Both the position numbers and the translations under genes were made by a program. Positions 1 through 10,002 of a stretch of DNA of 45,135 nucleotides are shown here, in pieces. Numbering within the stretch: the first letter of the stretch is position 1; each line of letters begins with the position of its first letter. The notes beneath the pieces were generated by a model that was given only the letters and a program-made list of their open reading frames with translations, had not been told where the DNA came from and searched no databases. This DNA comes from Desulfatiglandales bacterium (GTDB taxonomy: Bacteria > Desulfobacterota > DSM-4660 > Desulfatiglandales > HGW-15): NCBI GenBank assembly GCA_030145585.1, contig JAQYVK010000604.1, positions 1-45,135 on the forward strand. The letters are read 5' to 3'.

Positions 1-130
1 GAATTCGACAGTCAGTTGGATATCCTAAGAATAAGACCTGTTTTTCTGTGGAATACAGTTTTTTTAAAAGAGGTGAGACTATCGTGTGGGAAACAAATAT
101 TAGCAGATAAATAAGGCACTTAAAAATTAG

Positions 131-216
131 GGTCATCTCCAAAAGAGTTGTTCGATATTCGATATTCGGTTTTACATTCCCTGGACCCCTTTCTCCCAAC
201 TAATTGGGAGAAGAAC
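131..216. mobile_element. Short MITE-like element, related to 28388-28712
   Basis: Ends GGTCATCTCCAAAAGAGTTG and CAACTAATTGGGAGAAGAAC are imperfect inverted repeats and resemble the ends of the 28388-28712 element; internal TTCGATA heptamers. Confidence 0.5.
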
Positions 217-248
217 AAAAAAATTAAAGAGGATCCGTTAACCTCCCT

Positions 249-1442
249 TCAACGCTCTTTAATGGGGGCTAGGGTGAACAAGGCTACGGCGGCGAGGGCG
301 GCCCAAAAGATGAATGGTAAGCCGGGATTCAGGCTCGCAAAGCTGTTGCCCAGTGGAGGAGCTATCACGCCCCCGACTTGGGAAATGGTAAGCGTAATCC
401 CAAAAGCCGTCCCGAAATCTTTCGGTTCAACCCCCTCGGTTTCTATGATCATGGTGGCGGTGATCGCCATAAAGCCGTCCATAAAAATGCCTGACAATAT
501 CAACAAGATCCAGATCAAGGTGCCATCAACCACAGGCAAAAGACCTAAACAGATCAGGGGCACTATTATGGCAGTAAACAGGATCGCTTTCCTTGAACCA
601 AGTCTGTCTGATAATGAAGACAAAGGGACAACACATATGGTGCTAACCCCATAGAAAACGGCCAGCGTGCCATCTGCACTTGCAGGGCTCCAACCCTGCT
701 CACGGAGATAGAGTGGCAGGTAGCCCGTCATGCCCATGATACCACCCATGCGCAACAATAGAGTGAATCCAATGAGCCAAAGGGCCTTGATACGAATTAA
801 CCTTGAGAGTGCCTGTCGAAACGGCTCTGCAATGGATTCGCCGGCAGTCGAGTCAGCTTCGTGTGGTTCCCTTCCAAATAAAAACCAGAGGATACCTATA
901 ATAATGGCGATCGCACCATAGAGGTACATGACCCCTCTCCAGCCACCTAATAAGGGCGACAATATCGTGGCGCTGATCATCGGTCCCAACATAAGTCCAA
1001 GACCCATGCCCATAGCGGATATACCCATCGCCAAACCCAGATTTCGATCAATAAACCACAAACCGATTGTCTTGGTCGCGCTGATCGGTACTATCAATCT
1101 TACGATACCAAGAAGGAAGACAGTGAACGAGAGTGTTAGGAAGCTGTTGGATAGACCTCTTGACGCACCGGTTATTCCGACTAAGAGGCACGTTACGCTC
1201 AAAAGGAATTTCACCCGGAACCGGTCGCTCAGGATTCCGCCGATCAGGCTGACAAAAATACCCGCCAGACTGGCGGCTCCCCAGACGGTGCCTATCTGTA
1301 CGAGGTTTAAGTCTAAATCCTCTGATATCTCTTTAAAGAGGACAGGCAAGCAGGAAAGCGGTATCGTGGTGACAAAAGCGCCTGTTGCTACTGCAAGCCC
1401 TAAAAGATACCATCGATAGTTTGATTGAAGATTATCTGTCAT
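249..1442 (-). CDS. MFS transporter
   Basis: 397 aa, about 12 hydrophobic segments, MFS motif A in both halves (GGILSDRFRVK, LSDRLGSRK). Confidence 0.9.
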   Translation of the reverse strand: MTDNLQSNYRWYLLGLAVATGAFVTTIPLSCLPVLFKEISEDLDLNLVQIGTVWGAASLAGIFVSLIGGILSDRFRVKFLLSVTCLLVGITGASRGLSNSFLTLSFTVFLLGIVRLIVPISATKTIGLWFIDRNLGLAMGISAMGMGLGLMLGPMISATILSPLLGGWRGVMYLYGAIAIIIGILWFLFGREPHEADSTAGESIAEPFRQALSRLIRIKALWLIGFTLLLRMGGIMGMTGYLPLYLREQGWSPASADGTLAVFYGVSTICVVPLSSLSDRLGSRKAILFTAIIVPLICLGLLPVVDGTLIWILLILSGIFMDGFMAITATMIIETEGVEPKDFGTAFGITLTISQVGGVIAPPLGNSFASLNPGLPFIFWAALAAVALFTLAPIKER

Positions 1443-1458
1443 TAGAATTCGTTTTATT

Positions 1459-1820
1459 TATACCCTAATGGAGCGAAAGTCGAGGATGCCCCAGATCCAA
1501 GGCGTCCAAGGGCGAAGCCGTAGTAAACTACTGCGAGCTTTGGCATGCGCTTGTTCACAAGCGCCGGAGATTGGGTGTATCCTGCTGTTCGTAAGAACAG
1601 CCGCTTTCCTCAAAGGTGGAGAATCCCGACCATCGGTCGTGATTCTCCTAAAGAAAAAGCCTGCTGGCTTTTTCGCGTAAACCAAAATGGAGTGTATTTT
1701 TCCGATCCCATATTTCACTGATAGAAGAGTTATAATAAATCAAAAAATTTCATGAACGCCCCTGTGTTTAAGGTTTTTTATTATAGTTCTCCCTTTTGTT
1801 TACGCTCAATTAGGGTTATA
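1459..1820. mobile_element. Nested MITE-like elements (inner element about 1473-1677 interrupts the left end of an outer element)
   Basis: Removing 1476-1677 restores TATACCCTAATGGAGCGTAAACCAAAATGGAG, an imperfect inverted repeat of 1789-1820; the insert contains hairpins GCGCTTGT/ACAAGCGC and GGAGAATC/GATTCTCC. Confidence 0.5.
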
Positions 1821-1926
1821 TATTCTGATCCCTATAGGGACAATATCGAGCCACTATTTATTAACGCCACCCCTAAAATGGGCCAAGCCTTTAAGGGATT
1901 TCAGATGTTTAATAGTGGATGTTGAG

Positions 1927-3210
1927 TTAAAAGGGTGGAGATGGGATGCTCAATGAATCGGGGACATCGGCCAGGAATTGTGCTATTTCCTGATCCGAGG
2001 GAACGCGGGTAAGGGGGCCGAAGTGTTCTTCCCAATTCAGTTTCCTAATCATCGCCTTCCTCAGCCTCCCGGCACTCTCAAAGCCGTTGATCAGGTTTGC
2101 TCCCACCAGGACGCCTTTGTCGAAGGCCATCAAACGGTAAGGGCCTTCCGACAGGTCGCGATTCGAGAGGATCGTCACATCGTTCCCTTGATGCATGGGA
2201 TTCCCCAGATGGACGAGGGTCAAGCCAAAGAGAGTGCTGATGTGGTCCGGAACAGCGCCGGGATAGGAAGTCTTCTGACCCGCCATGTTCAGTCCAGCCG
2301 TTCGACCCTGATAGCAAGCATTTCCCCAAAGTCCAATAACCTCTTCTTTCCCTGTGAGGAGGTTCCGTCCCTGGCTGACATCGCCCGCCGCGTAAAGGCC
2401 CTCGACGCTGGTGCGCATCCGGTGGTTTACTATAATCCCCTGATCAATTTCAACGCCTGAACCGTTGAGGAAATCCAAGTTAGGCCGCACCCCGGTGCTC
2501 ACCAGACATAGATCTGCTTTGATGGTCTTGTTGCCTTGAAAGTGAAAAACGGCCTCACTGCCATGATCCTCAACCCGTTCCAGGTTCGAGGACAGATGAA
2601 GCTCCACACCCTTTGTGGCAAAATGTGCCTCAAGAATTCCCGCGCACTCGGGATGGGCCGCATGAGGAAGAACCTGCCCCGCTATATCCACGATGGTCAC
2701 CTTGATTCCCCGTTGAACAAGAATTTCCGCCACCTTGACCCCTACCAGTGACGCGCCCAGGATGAGGGCACTCTGGGTTTCGGACAGGGCATCATGGAGT
2801 AGGATGGTATCTTCGGCGGTTCGAAGAGTAAATAGGTGGTTTGAAGTGCGGAGACCAGGTACCGGCGGAAGGAGAGGGCTTGCACCCGTGGCAACAAGGC
2901 ATCGATCGTAGGGAAGCTTTTCACCCCCTTTTAGGATGACCTCCTTGTTGGCAGAGTCTAATGTTTCCACAGGGGATCCAAGATGGCACGTTATGTCAAA
3001 TTTTTTGTAAAAGCCTTCTCCAAAAGGAAAACAATCATCAAAAAGGATCTTCCCTGCCAGATAATAGGGTGACAACATAGGGTTAAAGGCCCTGCCCTGC
3101 ATATCGGATACCAGGTGAAGGGGCCCTGAGTGGCCGGAGGCCCGCGCCGCTTGAAGGGCGTGTATGGCGGCGCCGCCGTTGCCGATGACAAGAAGATTAG
3201 GTTCTGGCAT
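1927..3210 (-). CDS. FAD-dependent NAD(P)H oxidoreductase (rubredoxin reductase / NirB N-terminal-like)
   Basis: N-terminal VIGNGGAA FAD motif, ATG motif, ILGASLVG NAD motif, TSVEGLYAAGD motif. Confidence 0.88.
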   Translation of the reverse strand: MPEPNLLVIGNGGAAIHALQAARASGHSGPLHLVSDMQGRAFNPMLSPYYLAGKILFDDCFPFGEGFYKKFDITCHLGSPVETLDSANKEVILKGGEKLPYDRCLVATGASPLLPPVPGLRTSNHLFTLRTAEDTILLHDALSETQSALILGASLVGVKVAEILVQRGIKVTIVDIAGQVLPHAAHPECAGILEAHFATKGVELHLSSNLERVEDHGSEAVFHFQGNKTIKADLCLVSTGVRPNLDFLNGSGVEIDQGIIVNHRMRTSVEGLYAAGDVSQGRNLLTGKEEVIGLWGNACYQGRTAGLNMAGQKTSYPGAVPDHISTLFGLTLVHLGNPMHQGNDVTILSNRDLSEGPYRLMAFDKGVLVGANLINGFESAGRLRKAMIRKLNWEEHFGPLTRVPSDQEIAQFLADVPDSLSIPSPPF

Positions 3211-3211
3211 T

Positions 3212-3727
3212 TTAAGGCCCTGAGACTTTCATTAAGGGTTCAAGTAAAAACATGGAGGCCTTTTCAGCCTTTTGCCTGGAAAGACTGTCCATGGATCCAA
3301 AGCCCAGGGCCTTTGTCGGGCAGACCCGCACACATGCGGGCTCCCTGCCGTCTTCTACCCGGGCAACACAGAAATGACATTTGCTCATCTTCCCATTCTC
3401 AAGGTATCGGGGTGCACCAAAGGGGCAGGCGAGAGCACAACTGTGACAGCCTACACAAATCTCCTGGTGGACATCCACGATACCATCTTTGTCTCTTTTA
3501 TAGATAGCACCGGTGGGACAGACCATCATGCAAGGGGCGTCTCCGCAATGCTGGCAGGCAAGGGAGAGAAAAGACATGCTTACGGCAGGGAACTGCCCTT
3601 TTTCCAACCGCGTCACATGCCTGAAATTCAAACCGTCGCCATGGAGATCGTTTTCATCCTGGCACGCCACGACACAGGCCATACAACCGCTGCAGCGTGA
3701 GACATTGAAGGAAAATCCGATTTGCAT
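3212..3727 (-). CDS. 4Fe-4S dicluster protein (DmsB/PsrB-like electron transfer subunit)
   Basis: Four Cys clusters: CSGCMACVVAC, CQHCGDAPCMMVCP, CVGCHSCALACP, CHFC...PACVRVCP. Confidence 0.93.
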   Translation of the reverse strand: MQIGFSFNVSRCSGCMACVVACQDENDLHGDGLNFRHVTRLEKGQFPAVSMSFLSLACQHCGDAPCMMVCPTGAIYKRDKDGIVDVHQEICVGCHSCALACPFGAPRYLENGKMSKCHFCVARVEDGREPACVRVCPTKALGFGSMDSLSRQKAEKASMFLLEPLMKVSGP

Positions 3728-3801
3728 ATTCTATAAACCCCGAAAGACTAATCACGAAAACACGAAAGTTTGAAAACACGAAAAAACTAATAGGCTTTTA
3801 A

Positions 3802-3851
3802 TGGGTATCGCTTTGCCCGCCAAACTTCCGGCGGGTAAGCTCTACCCATCC
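3802..3851. repeat. REP-like palindrome interrupted by a second hairpin
   Basis: ATGGGTATCGCTTTGC...TCTACCCAT stem split by CCCGCC-AAACTTCC-GGCGGG-TAAGC. Confidence 0.55.
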
Positions 3852-3911
3852 CCCATTCTCTTCACGGTTCACTGTTAACGTATCCATATCGGTATCGCTT
3901 TGCGCTATGCT

Positions 3912-6062
3912 CTATGCGCTCTGCGTTTTTTTTACTTCACAGAGGAGGGCCTTAAATCCTGGATAACAGGAAATGGGGTCCACGTAATCGGGCTCAATCA
4001 ATAGATTCACATCCGCTTCCGAATAGGCATGGTACATGTTGACGACGCCGGGCGCTATGATTTCCGTCAAATTAGCCTTCACCTGAATAGCCCCCCGTTT
4101 TGTGGACAGGGTCACCGAATCACCCTGTTTGATTCCTCGATCATCCGCATCTTTTGGATTGATGTCCACCATAGGATCCGGCCTGAGGCCTCTGGTCCAG
4201 GACAACCGGAAGGTCCTGGAATGGATAAACATGGGAAGACGCGCACCGGTCGTCAGGATTAGAGGATAATCTTTTGCTACATCCGGTGTGGAGAAGGGGC
4301 TGAGTCTCGGTTCCTCGTATTTGGGAAGGGGATCAAACCCCGCCTCTTTCAAGACGCCGGATGTAAATTCCATTTTCCCGGAGGGCGTAGAGAAGCCGTT
4401 CTTCTCATACTTCTGATAAGGCGGTAAGGCCACATCCTTGAGGCGGTATCCGGCCGGATACTCCTTTAATGCCTCCACCTTGAGATGGGCCGGTTCCAGA
4501 ATCCAATCTACAGAGGCCTCGTAGCCCTTCTGCATGAGGTCGTCATCAGGGGCGAGCTTGGTACCCAAATCAAAGATGATGTCGGTGTCAGGTCTGGATT
4601 CCTCCAAGGGAGGAATGACCGGACGGGTCCATATCACGTACTTTTGGGTATAAAACTTGATTTCGCTCCTTTCAAAAGATGTACAGGCGGGCAGCACCAG
4701 GTCCGCAAGCCTGGCAGTATCGGTCATGAATAGGTCCACATCCACAAAAAAATCCAGCATGTTTAGGCTGTCCTTCATGAAATCGGATCCTGGCCACATG
4801 CGATAATTCATTCCAAAGGCGAGTAGAGCACGGATGGGATAGGGTTTCTTGCTTCGTATCTGAAAGGGGAGGTGTATGGCTTGACCCTCGGAGACCATTT
4901 TGCACCATACTGGATATTGATCTTGGCCCACTCGGGGGGGCATTTCTTCCCAGGGACGAGATTGCATAAATGGACCCTGTCGGGTGGTTACCCCATTGGG
5001 CACATAGAGGTAGGCGGGCGGAACCACATGGTTTCCCCCCTCCCGGTCAAAGTTGCCTGTGAGCCCGATCAGGGCCGTAAGGGCGCGGTGGTTTTGGATC
5101 CCGTTCGTATGGTGAACCGTGGCATTGGGACCGGTCATAAGAGCAGCCGGTTTCGTGGTAGCATAGAGCCTTGCGGCCTTGGTAATCAAATCCCCGGAAA
5201 CACCCGTGATGCCTTCAGTGATCGAAGGAGTATATTTCCGGACGTAGTCTCGGTATTCCTCAAAACCAAGGGTCCAGTTTTCGACGAAATCATGATCATA
5301 GAGGCCTTCTTCAATGATGACATGCGCCATTCCCAGGGCCAGAGCGCCGGAGGTGCCGGGCCTTATCCGGAGATGGAAATCCGTGTGGGCCGTCAATGGC
5401 GTGATCAATGGTCCCACCTCGATGATCTTCAGTCCTCTTTCCCTGGCATCCAATAATTTCCTCACGGCAGAGGTGTTGGAATAAAAGGGGTTACTGCTCC
5501 AGACCAGAAGACATTTGCTCTTTCCGGTTTCGGGGCCTCCCATAGTGCCGTAATTGAGACCTGCCGCCAGCCCGGCAGCGGCTGAACAGACGCTCGATTC
5601 AGTACAATAATTTGGGGATCCGAAACTGTGGGCGAGACGTTTCAGGAAAGGCCGCATCCACTTGGAATAGCCGGCATAAAAGACAACCCCTTCGGGACCG
5701 GTCTCATCTTTTATCTTGAGAAGTCGGGTGGTGATGGTATCCAGGGCTTCATCCCAGGAAATGGGTTCAAACTGTCCGGAGCCTTTGTCCCCCTTCCTGA
5801 TAAGAGGGGTACGAATGCGATCCTCGTGATAAATATACTGTCTGCTGGCGGCACCTTTGGAGCAGAGGGTCCCCGCGTTGTTGGGGTTTTCTTTCGTCCC
5901 TTCCACCTTGATGACAACCCCATCCTTGACGTAGGCATCGATACCGCAATGGGATCTGGGGCTGCAGATGGAACAGATCGTATGCCGGATCTCGATCCCT
6001 GTCTCTTCTCCCGGCAACTTGCTATCGGGCCCCTCAAAATTCAATCCCGAATTCATACCCAT
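3912..6062 (-). CDS. Molybdopterin-dependent oxidoreductase catalytic subunit (DMSO reductase family), cytoplasmic
   Basis: N-terminal CSICSPRSHC...LCSKG 4Fe-4S motif, ISWDEALD, TARLADLVLPA, C-terminal molydopterin dinucleotide-binding domain (YPLILTTGAR...INPKDADDRGI); no Tat signal; likely Cys ligand in ESSVC. Confidence 0.92.
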   Translation of the reverse strand: MGMNSGLNFEGPDSKLPGEETGIEIRHTICSICSPRSHCGIDAYVKDGVVIKVEGTKENPNNAGTLCSKGAASRQYIYHEDRIRTPLIRKGDKGSGQFEPISWDEALDTITTRLLKIKDETGPEGVVFYAGYSKWMRPFLKRLAHSFGSPNYCTESSVCSAAAGLAAGLNYGTMGGPETGKSKCLLVWSSNPFYSNTSAVRKLLDARERGLKIIEVGPLITPLTAHTDFHLRIRPGTSGALALGMAHVIIEEGLYDHDFVENWTLGFEEYRDYVRKYTPSITEGITGVSGDLITKAARLYATTKPAALMTGPNATVHHTNGIQNHRALTALIGLTGNFDREGGNHVVPPAYLYVPNGVTTRQGPFMQSRPWEEMPPRVGQDQYPVWCKMVSEGQAIHLPFQIRSKKPYPIRALLAFGMNYRMWPGSDFMKDSLNMLDFFVDVDLFMTDTARLADLVLPACTSFERSEIKFYTQKYVIWTRPVIPPLEESRPDTDIIFDLGTKLAPDDDLMQKGYEASVDWILEPAHLKVEALKEYPAGYRLKDVALPPYQKYEKNGFSTPSGKMEFTSGVLKEAGFDPLPKYEEPRLSPFSTPDVAKDYPLILTTGARLPMFIHSRTFRLSWTRGLRPDPMVDINPKDADDRGIKQGDSVTLSTKRGAIQVKANLTEIIAPGVVNMYHAYSEADVNLLIEPDYVDPISCYPGFKALLCEVKKTQSA

Positions 6063-6087
6063 GGTATCCGTAATCCCTCCTCATTTA

Positions 6088-6546
6088 TAGAAGCCGTCTC
6101 AAAAATGCCAAATAGCCCGATCTCCGCGTCCGGCTTGAATCGTATTAATAAAAGGATTCAAGGATTCAAGGGGTCGAGGATTCGAGTGAATTAAAAAAAA
6201 GAATATCGAAAAAGGAATGTCGAATGACGGAGTTTTCGATTCAGCCACCCGTTCCCCATCGAATTCTCATAGGGTCTCTCGACCCACACCAGCCGTCGCT
6301 GAAGCTATGGCGCGGCAAGCAGACATTTAGCCGGACGACTTGTCCGGCTAAAAAATGCTTCCCGCATTAGCGGGAAATGAAAAAGAAACGCTTTGCGATG
6401 ATTAGGCCAATATCTAAACCATCCAATCTTAAAAGCTAGATATTTTCTAGTCCTTCGAAATTCATTATTCCTTGTTCGATATTCTGCGGTTCGATTTTGT
6501 TTGTCCTTGACCTCGGGCTATTTTCCTATTTTTGAGATAGCTTCTA
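6088..6546. mobile_element. MITE-like element with multiple nested repeats
   Basis: Terminal inverted repeats TAGAAGCCGTCTCAAAAAT / TAGAAGCTATCTCAAAAAT (17/19) plus a subterminal AAATAGCCCGA inverted repeat. Confidence 0.7.
6245..6391 (+). repeat. Dispersed hairpin-rich repeat, copy 1 (copy 2 at 8556-8702)
   Basis: Shared blocks CCACCCGTTCCCCATCGA, AGGGTCTCTCGACCCACAC, GCCGGACGACTTGTCCGGC, AGCGGGAAATGAAAAA. Confidence 0.85.
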
Positions 6547-6641
6547 ATTGAATATCTCCGCCTTTCCGTTCAAGTAATAGGATAGCAACGAGGAATGAGT
6601 CTGTCCATGGCTTTCTGTTCCGTTGATTCCTTCCAATCGGA

Positions 6642-7337
6642 TCAGAAATCATACTCCTGAAGTTGGGCTTTGGCTTGGGCTATAAAGGGCGAGGATTCGA
6701 ATTTTTCCACGAATTCTTTCAGAATTGCTTGGGACTTTTCGGGCTGGCTAGAAAGCCTGTAAATCCTTGCCAGGCCTAACATGGCCTGCTCCTCGAAAAA
6801 GAGATCGGGATTTGACTTGATCTGTGTTAAGACCTCGATGGCTTCCTTGAAATCTCCTTTTTCCTCATAGCAGGCGGCGAGTGCCAATAAGGTCATGGCT
6901 TCATAGGGATTATTATCGCGGACTTCGGCCAAAAATTCTTTGTAAAGGGAGATGGCCTCATCATACTTCTTTTCGCGAAATTTAAGATAAGCCAACTCAT
7001 TAAGGGCCAAACGGCTTGCTTTTGACAGACCGTATTTTTTTGTCACCTTCTCAAATAATTCAACCGGTTGTTTCAAGTCCTCTTTCGCGGCATCTGAATT
7101 CTGGTTTTGCGCGAGGGCATAATAGGCCTCGTTGTAAGCGGTTTGGCCTTTTTTGTTGACATACTTCATATAGGTATTGATCCCCAGGTAAATACATATG
7201 AGGACAACGATACCTACTCCAAGGTATGAAAATTGGGTTGAATGATCTTTAAAGAAAATGACCGCCCTAGAGGAAATGGTCAGGAATTCATCCGGTCCTT
7301 TTAAGAGTTCTTTTCGAGATATTTTTTTTGCTGCCAT
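6642..7337 (-). CDS. Membrane-anchored TPR protein (YfgM-like)
   Basis: N-terminal KELLKGPDEF, one transmembrane helix, then several TPR repeats. Confidence 0.8.
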   Translation of the reverse strand: MAAKKISRKELLKGPDEFLTISSRAVIFFKDHSTQFSYLGVGIVVLICIYLGINTYMKYVNKKGQTAYNEAYYALAQNQNSDAAKEDLKQPVELFEKVTKKYGLSKASRLALNELAYLKFREKKYDEAISLYKEFLAEVRDNNPYEAMTLLALAACYEEKGDFKEAIEVLTQIKSNPDLFFEEQAMLGLARIYRLSSQPEKSQAILKEFVEKFESSPFIAQAKAQLQEYDF

Positions 7338-7407
7338 TTAATCCTATCCTGGTTTTGTTGGGTGGTTCATTCGTTAACAAAAGCATGCACCTGAGTCAAG
7401 GCAAAAG

Positions 7408-7592
7408 ATCCCCCTGATCACCAAATGAATGAGAGGTTCAAGGTCCAAGGTGTAAGGTATACGGCGGATGGTCCACGGAATAACTGGCTTGTAAGGTTTT
7501 TAGACCTTAGACCTTATGCCGTACACCTTTTTCACGCCTCAGTCGTCGCTCCTCGGCGCCTTGCATCTAATACCTTGCTGCCGATCAGGGAT
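7408..7592. mobile_element. MITE-like element containing an inverted heptamer-repeat element (7434-7529)
   Basis: Ends ATCCCCCTGATC / GATCAGGGAT; inner arms AGGTTCA-AGGTCCA-AGGTGTA-AGGTATA and CCTTAGA-CCTTATG-CCGTACA-CCTT. Confidence 0.55.
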
Positions 7593-7774
7593 ACTCTATA
7601 GACTGCCAGTTACTCGTGATGGCTAAAATAGGCTGTGGATTGGGATCTTATCTTTTTTTCCCTTTGATAGCGTCAAATAATTGAGTATAAAGAGCAACAA
7701 GCCGATATGTAAAGAGAATAAGCGTTGAATCATGCCCAAGCTGACGATCCGGTCGCTGGGAATTTAGGCTGAAG

Positions 7775-8395
7775 ATGACTTATACTGAAAGATTCTTAAA
7801 TTGGCTCGAAACCCTTCCTGATTTCCTTGTCTACCTGTTTCTCGGGTTGAGCGCTTTTGTTGAAAATCTTTTCCCTCCTATCCCGGGCGATACCATAACC
7901 GCCTTTGGGGCCTTGCTCGTGGGAATTGGGGGATTGAATTTCTTCGGGGTCTATTTTTCAACCACTTTGGGAAGTTTGCTGGGATTTTTATGCCTGTTCC
8001 GGATCGGAGGTTATTTGGGGCGGCATTTTTTTATTAAAAAAAATTATAGGTTTTTTAAACGGGAGGATATCCTCAAGGCGGAGGAATGGTTCGGAAAATA
8101 TGGTTATTTTCTCATTGCCTTCAACCGGTTCCTCCCAGGTATCCGTTCAGCCATTGCAGTGGTCGGAGGCATCCTACACCTCAAAGGGATAAGGGTGACC
8201 CTCCTGGCGCTCCTCAGTTGTGCGGTCTGGAATCTTATCTGGATCCTCTTGGGTTTTGGGCTCGGAAGTAACTGGGAGATCATCGAGGCACGCCTTTCCG
8301 CGTTGAGAACGACCTATTACGTAACCTTGCTGATTGTATTCGGCCTCTTTTTGGTATTTTTCATTGTCTGGAAATGGACCCGGAAACGAAAATGA
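7775..8395 (+). CDS. DedA family membrane protein
   Basis: ENLFPPIPGD and RFLPGIRS signature motifs. Confidence 0.92.
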   Translation: MTYTERFLNWLETLPDFLVYLFLGLSAFVENLFPPIPGDTITAFGALLVGIGGLNFFGVYFSTTLGSLLGFLCLFRIGGYLGRHFFIKKNYRFFKREDILKAEEWFGKYGYFLIAFNRFLPGIRSAIAVVGGILHLKGIRVTLLALLSCAVWNLIWILLGFGLGSNWEIIEARLSALRTTYYVTLLIVFGLFLVFFIVWKWTRKRK

Positions 8396-8555
8396 GTCAT
8401 CTCCTCCCATAAGATGGTCCACCCCTCTAATATTTAATCGCACACAGGTGACCGCGGTTTTGCACGAGGTCAAAGAAGAAACCCGCCACCTCAATGGTGT
8501 GTAAATATCGAATATCGAACAAGGAATTTCGAATGTCGAAGTTTTTTATATTTAA

Positions 8556-8702
8556 CCACCCGTTCCCCATCGATGCCGGTTGTGAAAATTAGCCTTTACA
8601 ACCGGCTACTCAGGGTCTCTCGACCCACACAGACATTTTGCCGGACGACTTGTCCGGCAAAAAATAAGCTTCCAGCATAAGCGGGAAATGAAAAATAAAC
8701 GC
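8556..8702 (+). repeat. Dispersed hairpin-rich repeat, copy 2
   Basis: Direct copy of 6245-6391 carrying a different internal insertion; preceded by the same AATATCGAA/AAGGAAT.TCGAATG heptamer arm. Confidence 0.85.
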
Positions 8703-8922
8703 CCCGCGCCCTGCACCTTGCACCTTGCACCATTAAGTATTAACATTGGGATTCGAATACACCCAAAGAGTGAATGAACGAAAGGTCCAACACACCGAAG
8801 GAATTGATTTTCCCGAAATTGGATATTATATTAATCAAGTAGCCTATGAACATCCTGATCTGACGGATTTGGATTAGAGATGGAGAACGCTTCAAAGGAG
8901 GCGATATAGAGGTAAGGTATTT

Positions 8923-9918
8923 ATGGTTATTGAACAATCACTAGAGAAGCTTCATCGGCGCATTAATTATTTGCGTCTTTCTGTAACGGATCGTTGTAAT
9001 CTGAGGTGTATGTACTGCATGCCTGAGGAAGGCATCCCATTCCTCCCCCATGGGGACATTCTCACCTATGAGGAAATGCTCCGTTTGGTCAAGATTTCGA
9101 CCCGTTGCGGCATCAGAAAAGTCAGGTTGACCGGCGGGGAACCTTTGGCCCGCAAGGGGTTCATTCATTTCCTTGAAAGACTGAGTGATATCAATGTGTT
9201 GGATGAAATCACGCTGACGACCAATGCCGTTTTGCTTAAGGAGTATGCGGCCGATATCATGGACTGCGGTATCTGCCGGATCAACATCAGCCTGGACTCC
9301 CTCAATCCGGAGCGGTTTTTCCAGATAACGGGACGAGATCAATTTGATAGGGTCTGGGATGGTATTCAAGAGGCGGAGCGCATGGGTTTCAATCCGATCA
9401 AGATTAATGTTGTTGCAATAAAAGGTGTCAATGACGATGAAATTCTGGATTTTGCGCGTCTTACCAGGGAAAAGCCCTATCATGTTCGTTTTATCGAACT
9501 CATGCCTGTGGGGAAGGAAAATATATGGAGTGTTGACAAATTTATATCCACTGAAGAAATTTTCAAACGGATCCAGACCCTGGGAGCCCTGAAGCCAATT
9601 GTATCCAGCCCCTTGGACGGGCCTGCCGACAGATTTGTTCTCGATGGGGGGAAAGGGGAGATCGGATTCATAGGCGCGTTAAGTCAACACTTCTGCGATA
9701 GTTGTAACAGACTGCGGCTGACAGCAGAGGGCCAATTAAGGAGCTGTCTTTTTTCGGATCAGGAGATCGACATGAAGACTCCATTGAGGGAAGGGAGGGA
9801 GGACGACTATCTCGTCAATTTGATCGGGTACGCTATCGAAAACAAACCGGAAGAACATGGGCTCATTAAATCAGGTCCCCGAAAATGCATTAGACAGATG
9901 TCTACCATAGGGGGGTAG
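8923..9918 (+). CDS. moaA: GTP 3',8-cyclase (radical SAM, molybdenum cofactor biosynthesis)
   Basis: YLRLSVTDRCNLRCMYC, LTGGEP, FCDSCNRLRLT, C-terminal MSTIGG. Confidence 0.97.
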   Translation: MVIEQSLEKLHRRINYLRLSVTDRCNLRCMYCMPEEGIPFLPHGDILTYEEMLRLVKISTRCGIRKVRLTGGEPLARKGFIHFLERLSDINVLDEITLTTNAVLLKEYAADIMDCGICRINISLDSLNPERFFQITGRDQFDRVWDGIQEAERMGFNPIKINVVAIKGVNDDEILDFARLTREKPYHVRFIELMPVGKENIWSVDKFISTEEIFKRIQTLGALKPIVSSPLDGPADRFVLDGGKGEIGFIGALSQHFCDSCNRLRLTAEGQLRSCLFSDQEIDMKTPLREGREDDYLVNLIGYAIENKPEEHGLIKSGPRKCIRQMSTIGG

Positions 9919-10002
9919 ATAAAAGAAGGGTGCAAGGCGTACGGCAAAAGGTTTTTGCCTCAAACCTCCAACCTCTAGCAAAGCGATCCCTATTCCTGGG
10001 AA

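Noticed and set aside
3912-6100. Selenocysteine recoding or a missed Tat leader in the Mo enzyme
   Set aside because: The ORF is continuous without an in-frame TGA, has a purine-rich RBS before the start, and no twin-arginine motif is visible.
6150-6500. Short periodic repeats as a possible CRISPR array
   Set aside because: Units are 7-9 bp with no unique spacers, and there are no cas genes.
8735-8922. Moco riboswitch or ModE box upstream of moaA
   Set aside because: I could not find the expected conserved elements by eye; an Rfam scan would be needed.
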